A stretch of 64,000 bases of DNA from the human T2T-CHM13v2.0 reference genome, Homo sapiens. The translations under genes were made by a program, and so were the position numbers. The notes under the pieces were generated by a model that worked only from the letters and a program-made list of their open reading frames with translations, was not told where the DNA came from and made no database searches. Below, piece after piece: positions 1-13,360 of the stretch. The DNA lies in NCBI RefSeq assembly GCF_009914755.1, contig NC_060935.1; one strand, given 5' to 3'. Numbering within the stretch: position 1 is the first letter of the stretch; every line of letters begins with the position of its first letter.

Positions 1-273
<273 letters not shown>

Positions 274-2112
274 AAAACTTTCAACTGTGTTTTGTAATTA
301 TTTTCAATGCATTTTTTTATTTCCAGAAGTTCTATATTTAAAAGATATCCATCTCTGTTGTAATTTTCTCCTTCATATCTTGAATTGGTATTCTGTTTTA
401 TTTTATTGGTTTTCAGATTTCTTTTGGATCTCAATGAACATCTTTAAATTCAGTATTTTGAATTCCTTATCCGTCATTTCAAAAACTTCTTTTTGGTTAG
501 AATCTATTGCTACAGAATTAATATGTTCCTTCGGAAATGTCATAACACCCTGCTTTCTCATACTTTCAGTATTATTACACTGATTTCTTAGCATCTGTAG
601 AAACAGTCACTTCTTGTTTTTCCGTGTACTTTCATTGGGGTGAAACTTTTTCTTTCCTCTTGAGGATATGACTATGATGTATATAGAGTAGGGCCATTTG
701 GCTTTGCTTTTGAGTGTGTTCAGTAGTGAAGAGTTTATGATTTTCTTAGTCATAAATAGCCTTAGTATGGTGGCTTTCTCAAATGTCAGTTGTAGTAGCA
801 GTGTACTGGGTGAATGAGTGGGCCAGCTAGGTATCCAGGGTGGCATGAGCAACATTGGTAGCAGAGGTTACGAGAAGCTCGTCTCCTTCTCCAGTGCTGT
901 GCACTTGTGTCAGCAAATATTGTAATGGGCTGTATGGATTGACTTCAGGGCCAGTGGGTGGCACTTGCAGGTGACAGTCAGGTGCAGTGGGTGGTGGTAG
1001 AATTTATGCATAATCTTTGTTAACCAGGAGAAGTACTTGGTGTCCCAGGTGATGGGTTGGGCCATGGAATTCTCTGTGGTCTAGGTCCCACACTCTGCCT
1101 CTAAGTTTGGTGGGGCAAAGCCAGGTGGGGCTGGGCTGGGCAAGACTGTACTCAGGCTCCCCAATGGTGGCTGTAAGTGCTGGCCCCAGCAGTGGTCAGT
1201 GGTATTCCTCAGGACCCCAGAGAAATGCTCCAGCAAGGAGTGGAGCAACTGCTGCTGTGCCAAAGATGCAGGATGGGGAAAGAAGGGTGGCTTCAGTTCC
1301 ACAGACCAGCGTGCCATAATGAGATCCACTTCACCCTCATGTTCTGGACCTGGCAGAGCTCTCTCCCATGGCCTGACCTCAGTAGCAAGTCAGGACAGTT
1401 AGTTATGTCACAAGCAGTTTGCTTTGAGTCTCTGAAACTATCTCACTCCATAAAACTTGCTATCCAGGACAAAACCATGCCTCTCAGGCAGATCTCTCCC
1501 TGTTCTGGTCCCACGGAGTGGGGGTACCCAATTCCAGTGCCTGTGGCTGTGGCGCATGTCACACTTGTCTCTCAGTTCTGACTGATGGGGTCCCTCTCTC
1601 CACTCTAGATCAGCTCGCCAATTCCTGGCCCAAGTCTGTCCAAACCAGTGACTGCTGCCCCTGCTCGCTGGAAAGTTCTTGCATAGCCCTCTATGAGCTA
1701 GAATCAGGAATGGCCTCCTTCTATTGGTGTCCAGGTCTGGAAGCATGCATAGGACACTTCCAGTGGTATTTCTTCACGGTCTTCTGACTACTTCTCAAGT
1801 CAGATCCACAGCTTGGTGGGGTCAAGGAGCTCCCCTGTGGCCAGGATTGCCTGGCTCCCCAGTGGGAATGTGAATTGTAGAGACACTCACTCCCCCTCCC
1901 ATGCACTGGAGATTGATTCACCATTTTCTGCCAAACCCCGCCACATGGGCTGCTGTCTGCTTTCTTTTTCCTGGTATGTGAAGTTTTCTTTTGCCTTTAT
2001 GTTGAACTCTCATGTTCCTTCTTGGATAAAAGTTCACAGTATGACTCTCTATACACTTTTGCTAATTCCAGGTGGGTGAGGCATGCTGGCAAAGCCTCTA
2101 TTCTGCCATCTG
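274..2112 (-). mobile_element. L1 5'UTR plus N-terminal ORF1 (old primate L1PA13-17/L1PB/L1MA-type 5' end)
   Basis: ORF 403-594(-) MTFPKEHINSVAIDSNQKEVFEMTDKEFKIL resembles the L1 ORF1p N-terminus. The GC-richer 5'UTR ends at the L1-type start AGATGGCAGAATAGAGG (minus strand, ~2095-2111). Confidence 0.85.
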
Positions 2113-2119
2113 GTAGTTG

Positions 2120-3190
2120 TGATATTTAATATTATGGTTTCTTGATCTATTATTTCCTTTACTGTCTATAAGATTCTTCTTTATCCATTTAGATGTTTTT
2201 AAAATTAATTTCTAATTTTTCCTAATAGACATTAATATTAATCTTGCTATCCTGTATTTATTTTGGTTTATTTTTGAATATTCTGACCCATAGTCAGGTG
2301 TATTATCAGTTGTGCTACTGGTCTGTCCTCATCTTTTGGTTTATTTTTGTGTGATATATCTTTTCCCAATCTTTCTGTATCTTTTTATTTTAAATACTTG
2401 TCTTCTTTTCTCAGTTCAATCTAAGGCCCTATTCTTATTTAAAAAATAGATTCTATTTCTGTTAAAATCCTTTATTTCTTTATCTATCTTGTTGATCTTT
2501 GTTCTATTATCTTTAAAATACTTATAATAGGTATTTCAAGTTATTGCTTGCTAACTTCAACATCTAGATAGACTCTGTTCTTTTATTTATTAAGCTATTA
2601 AACTTATTTTCACAATTTTTATTTATCTCATAGTCTTTGCCTGTTTCATATTTTTTGTATGCTGGACTTCTGTATAAAATATCCTAGTGATTAGTATGGA
2701 TGTCATTTTGCACTAGTGGGGATTTATACTTTTCTCTCTTAAGCAGATGAGATAAGAGGAAGCTCACATCAATGTAATTAGTTATTGTGCTGGGTTGATC
2801 TGAGTTTTGGCTTACTGTGAGTCATTCTATCTTTGGTTTCTGGTAGATAAACTGGTGGCAAGTTTTAGGCTTCTCTAATTACCAATCTGTTGTGTCAGCT
2901 ATAAAGCTATCAGAAAGCTCTCTGGTTCCTCTGTTCCCTGGTACCACCTCTCTATGAAGCACCAATCAACCCTCAGCCTGTGCCTAAGCTCAGAAAATGC
3001 CCTTGGGGAAAGAACAGGTAGTAACCTCAGCTCATCCTAGGAAGGGTTCTTTCCCCTTTGAAATTTTGTTTCATCTAATCATCTAATTCTACAGCTATAA
3101 ATATGGTTTAAAAAATATGTATTTTTTCCAGCTGTTGCAGCATGAGGGATGGCTTGTTAAAAACTAATGTATCCTTCCAGGAAATAGAAA
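2120..3190 (-). mobile_element. Ancient L1 (L1M5/L1ME-type) 5' and ORF1 fragments
   Basis: T-rich degenerate L1 antisense motifs, e.g. CTTATAATAGGTATTTCAAGTTATTGCTTGCTAACTTCAACATCT. Confidence 0.5.
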
Positions 3191-3959
3191 CCATGTATCT
3201 GATTTATGATTAGTGATTTTAATTATATATGTTTATTGTAACCACTGACTATTTCTGCCATTGTGTATTTTCTATTTACCACAATGTATTTTTTCTCCTT
3301 TCCTTTTTTCTCCATTCACTGCATTTAATTTTCTTCTCCTGCCTAAAAATTATATTTTATTTATCCTGTCTCTCTCTCTCTCTACACACACACAGAGTAG
3401 TATGCTCTCACCTCAATCGTGTCTATCTTTGTTTTCATACCTGCCATATTGACATTATCACCAAGATTGGGCTTTAAGACAAGGAGCTAGTAGCTCCTCA
3501 TTAATTGAAGGAAGCTTCAATTAATCTCTTTAAGCCACTATTTCTGTAACTGAACATTGGAAGTATTTATATATTTTATTTGTGTATTAATTATATATAA
3601 TGTATTTATATATTATTTATATTTAAAGTACTGGAATATAGAAATGAATAAAGAAAGCAGGATTCCTGTCATCATAAAGCTTATCTACCTGAGTTAAAAC
3701 TGAAATTAGATTCTGCCTTAATTACAAAAATTATTTCACATATTTAGATGAAAAATATGATTAGTATTTCATAGAGGCCATAGTGCAGGTCATGTTTTAT
3801 GGATTAGATCATTGCCCCTTCACCTTGATCTACCAGAGAATCAGCTTTTCAATTCCTTTCCAGAGGTGCTCCGTGGCTCTTTGTAGCATGGAGCTTCTGG
3901 TTGATTTGACTAATTGGTGGGAGGAAAGCACTGTCTGGACCTTTTCTACATCATCTCCC

Positions 3960-4075
3960 TTATGAGGTAGATATTATTATCATCTGTTGCTATAGATGAG
4001 AAAAATATGTTTCATTGACATTAGGTAACTTGCCCAAGGTCACAGCAAATAAGTACAAACCTAGGATCTGAAAGC
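3960..4075 (-). mobile_element. MIR SINE
   Basis: TATGAGGTAGATATTATTAT...ATAGATGAGAAAA...TTAGGTAACTTGCCCAAGGTCACAG, the MIR core. Confidence 0.8.
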
Positions 4076-5179
4076 CTTGGCTTTTGTCGCTACATCTTAA
4101 AAGCAAAAGCTTGGTATGACTTGGAATGTGAATGGCTTTTGTTCCTCTTGACTTACCTTGTCATTTATGATTTTCTTTCTACCAACATTCAGTCTTCAAA
4201 CTGGTTAGATTTCTTATAGTACAAGATAAAAAATGGTCACAACTTTTTCTTGCCCTGTCTCCATCCTTCTAAGTCAATAATACCTTTATGTATCTGTAAA
4301 TGAAGCAATTCCTTCATCCCCTCAAATAATATTGGTGTTTTCTACCTCAGCATCCTATTCCAGATGGAGAGCCATGTTGGCATTTGAAACAGAGAGACTC
4401 AGAGAAAGGACTCATAGATATTTTTATAATTCTGACAGGTCTTCCATGCCTTTCCTTCTGCTTTATCATTTCCCCCTAATGGAACTGATTTTAAGATTCA
4501 GAGCTGTTATGCCCACAGATACTCTTTAGATCTCCCCAAGCTGGAATATCCTGGTAAATCCCCACCTCCTGCTGCTATGGGAAATAGAAAGTAAGATTTT
4601 TGGAACTGATATTTTTGATCCCCTTAATTTATCCAGCTTATTCGGCTCAGAATGACCAACCTTCATTCTCTTTCCAAAATCCAGTTTAGTCTACCTGGAA
4701 GCCTTCCAGAGACAGAACACATTGTCTTGCTCTTTTCATCCCAACTTTTTAATTCCACTTTTCTCTCCTCCATTGGCTGCTTGTTGCCACTTTCTGGTGA
4801 AGTTGCTGTAGATCAACTCTCCTTATTAGCTAATTTAATAAACAGATTGTCGCATGGAGAGTCATAGCCTGGTCTCAAGAGCTTGGAAATTAGCAGGAAC
4901 TCATTTGCAAGTTCATCATTTTCCTTTGGAAACAGCCACTGCTGTTATAACGTGGGGCTTGTCTGTCTTGCTAAAAGTTCTATTACTCAGGGTTAATTAC
5001 CACTGGCCCCACACTTTCTACTGTCACCAGAGCACCACTAAGAGCTCAGTCCAGCCTTTCAAAGTCAAATTGGATTTTGTCCTCTATGAGTTATGCTACT
5101 GGTATGTTTAGTGTTGCCTGAAAGCAGGGCTGAAGAGATAGGCTCCTCAGCCAGTTCTGAGCCAGAAGTGGGCATAGCT

Positions 5180-5387
5180 TCAGGAGATCTAGACTGAAAT
5201 CTAAGCTTGCCTTTCCCTAAATATGCGGCCTTAAGCAAGTGACCTAACTTCCTAGAAGCTTGATTTTTTTTTTTCTGAAAAGAGAGAAATGTATACCTTC
5301 CTCGCAGCAATGCCATAGAATTAAAGAGGCAATGTCTATGATAACATAGTTCTTAACACACAGTTAGTGCTCAATAAATGTTTATTG
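5180..5387 (+). mobile_element. MIR SINE
   Basis: CCTTAAGCAAGTGACCTAACTT core and GTGCTCAATAAATGTTTATTG 3' end. Confidence 0.75.
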
Positions 5388-5626
5388 GGTCCAGTCTAGT
5401 TGAAGTACCAGAATTATCTTGTGATCTATCTTGGAGGTTTGTCTCTTTGTTCGGCTCTGTGTAATTCAGTTATCCTTTGACAAGCACCTAATATTGAAGT
5501 CTAAGTACTGCACACAACATGAATGTATAAAGATGAGTAAGACCTGGTCTCTGGTCCCAAATTTATAGTCCTGTGAGAGAAGGATGGGGAATTTGAAGGA
5601 ACGGACATAAGAAAGGCTTAATTAGA

Positions 5627-6153
5627 TGTAGTGGCTTTGTAAAGTGCCAACTTAGCTAGGCTGAGTTACACTCCCTAGAATTTCTTTTCCTTTATATTTC
5701 CAGTTAGGGTGGGCTGTGGAGAGATTCTTGTGGGCAGCAGCCATCTTGTAGCTCCCACACATTGCCACTCATCTTCTGGCTTCCCTCCTTAGTGTGAGCG
5801 ACAGACTTGCCTGCCATTGCTCCACTGTCCCCTGGATCCTTCTTCAGCTTCTCTGACTCCTGGGCCAGTGTGTATATTTAGCTCCTTGATGAGGGACCCT
5901 GGCTTCTGCAGGACACCCACCCCAACAAGGTGAGAGATTGCAAAAACTGCTACAGGTTTTAGTCTGTCCTCAGCTCCAGCTCATGCTGTGGGTTCTGGTT
6001 TATTCTTGCTCTCCCCGACTTTGCATCGTCTTCCCTCCCTAACTCTGTCTGCCCTACAGTTTTCACACTCCAGGATCAGAGTAAAGACAACAGCCTTACA
6101 GAGAATGTTTAGTGACCTCCATGAGGTTCTGCTTCTCTGAGTGAACGCTGACT
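5627..6153 (+). mobile_element. ERVL solo LTR (LTR41-like)
   Basis: Starts TGTAGTGGCTTTGTAAAGTGCCAACTTAGCTAGGCTGAGTTACA; ends CTCTGAGTGAACGCTGACT. Matches the recalled LTR41 5' end. Confidence 0.7.
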
Positions 6154-6325
6154 TGGGTAAACAGTTGGGGGAAGAGTTGTCAGAGGGGCACAGAGGACAA
6201 ACAGGAACATCCTGGCCAATTTTCTGCCCATAGAAAATTTCTGCTACAGAAAATTCTGTATCCCTATCTCAATGAAGATTTTGAAGTAAGAAGATTTCAA
6301 TAGGATCCCTCTAATATTTTATCAC

Positions 6326-7005
6326 CTTGATTTCTAACTTTATTTAGTAGTGGAATGCTTTCTTTAAATAAAATTTTCTGTAGGTGCTCAATATAAAAGG
6401 CCAGTTGTAGGGGGTTGAATTATGTCTTCCAAAAAAATATGTTTATGTTCTAACCTTTAGTACCTGTAAATGTGGCCTTATTTGGAAATAGGGTCCTTGC
6501 AGATGTAATCAACTGAAGGTAAGATCATTTTGGATTAGGGTGGGCCCTAAATCCAACAACTGATACCTGCATAAGAGAAAAACGAAGGAGATTTGGACAC
6601 AGAGACAGAGACATACAGGGTAAGAGCCAGGTGAAGAGAGAGGCAGACACTGGAGGGACGGATCTGTAAGCCAAGGAAAGCCAAAGTTTGCCAGCAACCA
6701 CCAGAAGCTGCAAGAGAGGCCTGGAACAGATTCTCCATCAGAGCCTCCAGAACCAACCCACTTGACACCTTATTTCAAACATCCAGCCTCCAGAACTGTG
6801 AGAGTAAATTTCTGTACTTTCAAACCATCCAGACTGTGGTACTTTTTGTTAGAGCAGACCTAGGAAATTAAAACATAGGTCAAAGCTGAGCTGAATTGGG
6901 GTAGAGCCCCACCAGCTCACTCTCATCTCCTCCCCAAACCCAGGCAGCTACTGAGATGCTGCTGGGAACTCCGGGGCTTCTCAGGAAAAACTGGAAAAAT
7001 CCTTG
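6326..7005 (+). mobile_element. hAT-Charlie MITE (MER102-like), split by an MLT1 LTR
   Basis: Left piece ...AACTTTATTTAGTAGTGGAATGCTTTCTTTAAATAAAAT...; right piece resumes at 6876 (AAAGCTGAGCTG...) and ends GGAAAAACTGGAAAAATCCTTG. Confidence 0.55.
6406..6875 (+). mobile_element. MaLR solo LTR (MLT1B/MLT1C)
   Basis: TG...CA termini; TTTGGAAATAGGGTCCTTGCAGATGTAAT and CAGCCTCCAGAACTGTGAGA motifs. Confidence 0.9.
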
Positions 7006-7531
7006 TCAGAGTTTTCTTGTTCAACAGTCCCCAAGGGCACATCATGGTGGCAGAACCTTATAGCCCTGATCTTCCAATCCCTACAACATTCTGCAAGTTG
7101 AGTCTTTATTTCTATAGAGAGGGATGGTATCTGGGCAGCCACATGTCTAGGGCGGGCCTGACAATCCCAGAGTTAATCAACCCTCTGAGGACCCCAGCCC
7201 GGCTGCTCCCCAAGCCTGGTGAGCACCCCAAAGGCGTGATTATCCGATGGTTCTTGCGCAACTGGCACCAGGGCCTTTTGCTTAATTAATCACAGAAATG
7301 CTCCTGCCTAACTTCAGACAACAAAATAATGAGCAGGCCTGTGAGAGGTTCAAAGACTGTCAGAAAAACAAGTGCTCCCTGAGGAAAAGGCCCAGTGAAA
7401 CAGGGAGGTCAGAAAAATCACTGGGATCTACTAGAACTGCTGCTTGCATTTTTTTGCATGCCCCTTTTAATATAAATATGATAGTGTAAATGTGTGTACA
7501 TAGGAGATTAACACATATACCATTTGGATTT

Positions 7532-7693
7532 TAGAATCAGAAAATGTCGAGTTTTGAGAAGGACCTTAGAGACCTTCTGGGCTAACTAGCTCTTTTTATA
7601 GATGAAGAAAAATGTTGTCCATGGAGGTTAAGTGACTTGCACAGGGCCACGTGGCTGGAGCATGACAGCGCCATCCTAGCACCCAGATCACTT
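7532..7693 (-). mobile_element. MIR3/MIR SINE
   Basis: GGACCTTAGAGACCTTCTGG...ATAGATGAAGAAA...GAGGTTAAGTGACTTGC. Confidence 0.7.
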
Positions 7694-9979
7694 ATGTCAA
7701 AGTCTGTAAATGTGAGGATAGAGCATGCTGGAAATAGAGGCTGCTTAGAAGTTACAGAGAAAAACAAAAACAAAATCAGAGGATAGAGTTTAGATAAGAG
7801 CTTACAGGAGTTACGTGTCAAATTAGAGCACAGAGCATGTCAGAGGGTGGAGGTAATGAGAATGCATCAGCAAAGTCAGGGGGTGGAGGTCAGGTGAGAG
7901 CTTGTAGAATAGTCAGAGAGTGGAAGCGAAATTAGTCTTCTTGACAGTTTATGGTTTTAGCATTAGACTTTGGGTGTTATAAGTTTAGATGAGACAAGAT
8001 CTGTTTTTAAGGAGCCTGAGACAGTTCAGGAGTTAAGAAGAATACACCTTGAACACCAGAAAGAGCTGATCAGTACTGGAGGTGTAAATGCTAAGGGGGT
8101 ACAGAGGGCCAAGTGGGGGCTTCCAAGCTGCAGTTTAAAGGATCAGAGCCTGATAAGGCAGGAGTTGTTGGGGCATGTGAAATCTGGGGCATGGATGTAT
8201 CAGGGACAGGGACCAATCTGAGCAAGGTGTGATGGAGCGAAATATTGGGGAGGTAGAAAGACTGGGGAGTTCAGATTGACTGGAGCAGGAGGGATGTAAA
8301 AGGAGCACCAAGTAGGTAGTGCCAATTGAGGAGGTCTTACCGGGGGTTCAGACTCTAGGAGTTCAGAAGGAAGCAGGAAGCCACAGAGCAGGACCACCAT
8401 GCATCATTTTCAGGTTGTGTCTTGCACATGGGTACTGTGTCTATGAGGCCTTCATTCGCATCATACCCATAATTTTGATGAGTGCCTGGGGGGGAAACAG
8501 AAATACCAGACCTCTCTGCTGGATCCTGGAGCAGCAATGAGGAGCCCCTTCCTATGTAAACCCACACTGGCTCTCAAAGCCATGAGCACATTTACTTAGC
8601 ACTCACCTGTGTCCAAGGCTGCACGCATCCTAGCCATTTTCTAGACATCCCTTGAGGTTGTTTCTCAATCTTACTCATGTTGGAAGCCTGATCTGTTCCC
8701 CCGACTCTGCCATGTAGGGCTGCCTGGAGAGTTAAAGGTGCACATGAACTACTATTTTGATTTTCTAACTTGAGGAAGAATGCCTTTGCCAATAACATTG
8801 TTGTGCATAGTTCTACTTTTGGAGCAGTAGTCTGGCAGCTGTATGCAGGATTAGTTAGAGGCGGCAAGACTCAAGGTAGTGAGCTGAGTGGGATGGCGGT
8901 AGCACTTTCAGGAGGCTGCTGGTGAGGCCAGAGCGTCTGAGGTGCTAAAGTGTAAAGGGAATGCCATCTTAAGGTACAACCACAGACTTCCTACCAGGCA
9001 AGATTCTCTCACCCAGACTGCCTGTGTGATCTCAACTTATACATCCCATTGCACACTGCACCAGCAGAATAACTCCCTGGACATATACCTCATTTCTGTG
9101 AGGTTTTAAGGTTTTGGGGGAAAACAGTTTTTCAAAAAGCTTAGCCATAGTGTCCAATCCACATACTATTTTAATTGTTAATCATAAAATATTCAGAAGG
9201 ATGATCAACCCCTTCAGAAATGTGTAGCATGCAAAATCAAGATGTGAAGTAAGACCTATCTTTTCTTCCCTGAAGAGGAACTGGGGGCTGTGGGTGACAG
9301 TCATTGGGCACAGATGGTCACAGGCAGAGTCTGCATTTGGGGAGACAGGTGTTCCCAGCAGCCAGGTGGTTGGTAGGCCAGTAGAAACCTCGTTGCAGCA
9401 TATGAGAAGCAGTTGCCAGGAAACGTGTTTATAGGTAAGAAACCCATGCTCTTCCAGAAGCTGGCAAGGCCATACCGATCCACCCAAAGGGAGCACCTAT
9501 GCTGTGGAATGCACCACAAAGATGGGAAGGACCAGGGAACAACTAGTTTAGGCTGAGGGTTGTTGGTCAGCAGTGCTGGGACCTCCAAGTTTTGTTACTG
9601 GCCCGAAAGACCAGATGACTCCATTTTTTTCTTGCCTCAGCCCCTGGTTAGCTGTGTATCTTCCATTCTCTTTGGATTTCAGCTCCCGCCAAAGGAGGGC
9701 CTAAATGGCATTAGATGACAGCTCTGAAAAGCTGTGATGTTTCATTTCTAAATATGAGGTAATCCCTAAATGCTATGAGTACTGTGCTTTTTCTTAGCAT
9801 GTCTGTATCTAAACAGTCTTTGTAAGCAGATTTTGTCTTGCATCTCTATCACTCTTTGTTACTCCAAGTGCTGCGCTCTTGTGACCTAGATCCAGCAGTT
9901 AGCAATGGAATTGGAGGACCAGAGCCTTTGGGAAGTTGAGCCACCTCATTTAAACTGTGTTGATGATACAAATAACCTT

Positions 9980-10167
9980 CTGAAGTTCTCACCCCCGGCT
10001 GCCTATTAGAATCACCTGGGAAATTTGAAAACACCATGTTGGCAGGGTCCCAGCCCACTCTTGCTTTAATTGACCAGGCTGGGACTCATGACTTTTTGTT
10101 TTGTTTTGTTTTGTTTTCCCAGACTTCTCAGGTGAATAGAATGTGCAGCCAAAGATTGAAGCTGATG
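9980..10167. mobile_element. MER5A-type hAT-Charlie MITE
   Basis: GTTCTCACCCCCGGCTGCCTATTAGAATCACCTGGG...CAGGTGAATAGAATGTGCAGCCAAAGATTGA; imperfect palindromic MITE layout. Confidence 0.75.
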
Positions 10168-10509
10168 TCACAGATCACTGGATGGCCAGTCATCACATCT
10201 GTTATGTCCGTTCCACTTCACTGGTGCCAGCCATTTATGCCCTCTTTTGAGTCATCTATTGTGCTCAGTAGGCGAGGCTGTGGTGATCACCTGGCAATTT
10301 CCCCTGTGCATCTAGGCAGGAGGATTGATGGCCCACAGAACTGGTGATTGCCATCCCTGAGTGGAGAAAGGATCTGGGGAAGGGGTCTTATATTTTGGAT
10401 CAGACAAGTTAGTAAAATTATTGTAATAAACCAACTGCAGGTTCTTTCACAAATTCGTGGGGCCCCCTATGGCCTCAATGCTAGATATTTTTATACTCTC
10501 ATAGCACAA

Positions 10510-10665
10510 CCTCATGACACTTAGCACAGTGATGAAATTTTAAAATTTACTTGTGGGATTATTTGATTATTATTGACTACAATATCCATGAGAAAAATGA
10601 TGCTTTGCTCACCATTGCATGTCCAGTGCCTGGGGACTCAAGAAACAGATGCCAAATAAGTGAAC
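10510..10665 (+). mobile_element. L2 3' fragment
   Basis: TTTGCTCACCATTGCATGTCCAGTGCCTGG, the L2 3' motif. Confidence 0.55.
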
Positions 10666-12974
10666 CAAGGAAGGCATCGGGGCAGGCCCTGACTTATTGG
10701 CATTTAAGGGTCCCTTGGAGGGTCAACTGTGGATCAGGGATAGGCCTTGTGTCTCCTGTGTCTGAAGTCCTGTGGGGACACAGCAGACAGAAGCTAGGCC
10801 TCCACTCTCTTCTGGCTTGTCCAGGCTCCACTGAGAGCCTGTTGTCGTGGCTGCTCTCCCAGATATACCAGAGATGGATAGACAATGGGAAGAGGAGGCT
10901 ATTGGCTGCATGTCTGAGTTTGCACTGGTCTCAGGAAACCTTGATACCTGCCAACTCTTTAAGGTAGCCTTTTCTGAAGGCAAAATTGAGCTGAAGCACA
11001 AACCTAGGAGATGCCTTGTTCCTGCGGCCTGCCTCCATACACTTCATCAGGAGCCATCTTTCTCAGAAAAGAATAATAAGGGCCACTGTTCCTCCCACTC
11101 CCAGGCCCCAGGGTAGCCTTCAGAGGAAAGCCGTGGGTCATGAGGTTGCAGCACTGTGGGAGTGGGAAGAAAGAAAATGGTTTCCAGAGCAGATATCAGT
11201 TACCGGACTCTCAGAAAGTTTTTAGCGGCTTCTTTCTCATTTCTATCCAGGAACATGGGAGGAAGGGTGCTGGGTTTGCATGGTCAAAGTAATACATACA
11301 GAAATAGTTCCAAGGGAGGCACAGAGAGAAGGCCTATGAAGTGATAATGGCTGTTTCATCGCAGGATGGCAAAGCCTGGCTCTGGGCCTGTGTCTCCGTC
11401 AGGGTCTTGGAGGTGATATTGTTCATACGGCTGTCCCTTCGGTACTTAGAAGGCATCCCATACTTGTCTGGGAGAGTCCTGGATACCTTTGCAAAATAAC
11501 TCTGAATTTATTGAAGATTCTTTAAAAAATTTATTATGAATTGTATTCATATAAAAATGCATGGGGGCACAAAATTTATAAATAATAAAATATACTCTGA
11601 ATATTTTTGTTGATTTTTATCAAAACCTATAAGCAACATAGTATTTTTACACTGTTAAAACAAGTTACTTGTCAAAAGTCCAGATGAGTTTTAGTTGTGT
11701 GAGAAAGGCAGGCAGTGAGGTCATGTAATTTGATGTCTTATAATAGGAGTTCCCAAATTACAGGCCACAGACCAATCGTGAGAAAAGGATACTACAATGA
11801 GTTAGGGAAATGAATTAACTAGCACTGAGCAATGATTTACACCCAACTAAGGGCAAGCACTACTTTGCAGTGGTAGAGCTAGCAGCACAGTTCCTGCTGT
11901 GCCTCTCCACAGCAATGTTTACCTGCATGGAACTGGGGAAACCAATGGTGGGGACAGGGTGCATGTAAGAGCAGCATTAATGGGCAAGTCAGCCAAGCAG
12001 CTAAGTCCAGGCGGGAGGGAAGATGGGACATGGGGATAGGAGGCATTGCCATGGGGAACTAGTAAAAGGCATGTTTAGTGGGCAGATGGCAGGCTGTGAG
12101 CAGAGAGGGGAATTTCTAAGTTCCAGGATTTGACATGGAGTCATTTTAAAAGATAAGAAGGTACTACTCAATTAGCAAGTAATAGTGAGTGGTTCTTCCT
12201 TTTTTCCAGAAAAGTGAGTCTTCTTAGAGAAGAGGAGCTTGGAACATATACTATTTTACGGACAAAAATAAAGCAGTAAAGTGGTATCAGGAATCTGGGA
12301 GTAGAATGGGGTGGGGGTAGGGCTGAAAATGGGAGCAAGTATCCAGGTCAGCAGGTGGGAACATGGTGGACAACACAAAATAAAAAAGAAAGAAGCAGTC
12401 CAGACCCTGGCAAGTAGTTCAGAACTAAGGTGGATAGTGCCAGTGCTGGAATGTAGGTGGTGGTTCAAAGTAATGCATAGGACCAGGCAGAGGTAAGAGA
12501 AGAGGTTGCTTCTTGAGGAACCTGTACATCTACTAGTTCAGTCTTTTGGGGAGCTTAGTATGTCTAGCATAGCAGGACCCCTTCTTCCCATCCACTCTGG
12601 ATTGGTAGAATTTGGAAAGGCAGAGATGGAATCACATTTGCTGTATGGAAACCACTGGAGCAAGCAGAAGAGATGGAGAATCCCAGTGTGACTATGGTAC
12701 AGCTGGGAAACAATCTCTCCATTTCCTGTGATGCTCAGTCCTCAGGTTGGGTATGTGCCTTTTGTCTCACTTGGATCTATCTCACCCCACTGTTGGCCTG
12801 TCTGTCTGCATTTCTGTCTGTCAGATTCCCTTCCTTCCATTTTGCCCTCTTTGCCAAAGATAAAACACCAATGACCAAGGTCAGATGCCCCTCCTCTCCA
12901 AAAGAACTACCCATCTAAGAGAGCTCCAAGTGGACACCTCAAATCCGTGATTAAACACTAATGCATCTACAGAA

Positions 12975-13360
12975 AGGAGAATGAAACTGACATTTATTGA
13001 TCTAGGTCCTTCAAACATATCTTTGTCTAGTTGAATACTCATCAAAGTCCTAAATAATGAAAATTATTATTTCATGATTAGTGGTAGACTCTATGGTAAG
13101 GGATTTACATGCCTTACATTTATTTGCTGTAACATCCCTATGAGATAGGCACAATTATTACATCAATTCTACAGTTGAAGAAACTTAAGCATAGAAATGT
13201 TAAGCAACTTGCTTAAAGTTACACAGCATTAAATTAAAGCACAGGCTTTCAGACTCCATGTTAATCTTCCATAGTTCAGAGAGTTTACATATTATCCTGT
13301 GATTACATAGCTAATAACTGAGATTCAAACCTAGATCTGAACCCAAGGGCCTTACTCTCT
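12975..13360 (-). mobile_element. Cluster of MIR fragments
   Basis: CCCTATGAGATAGGCACAATTATTA...ACAGTTGAAGAAACTTAAGCATAGAAATGTTAAGCAACTTGC; GATTCAAACCTAGATCTGA. Confidence 0.65.

Noticed and set aside
11490-11660. AT-rich segment that might be a DNA-transposon relic
   Set aside because: No terminal inverted repeats or family could be identified confidently.
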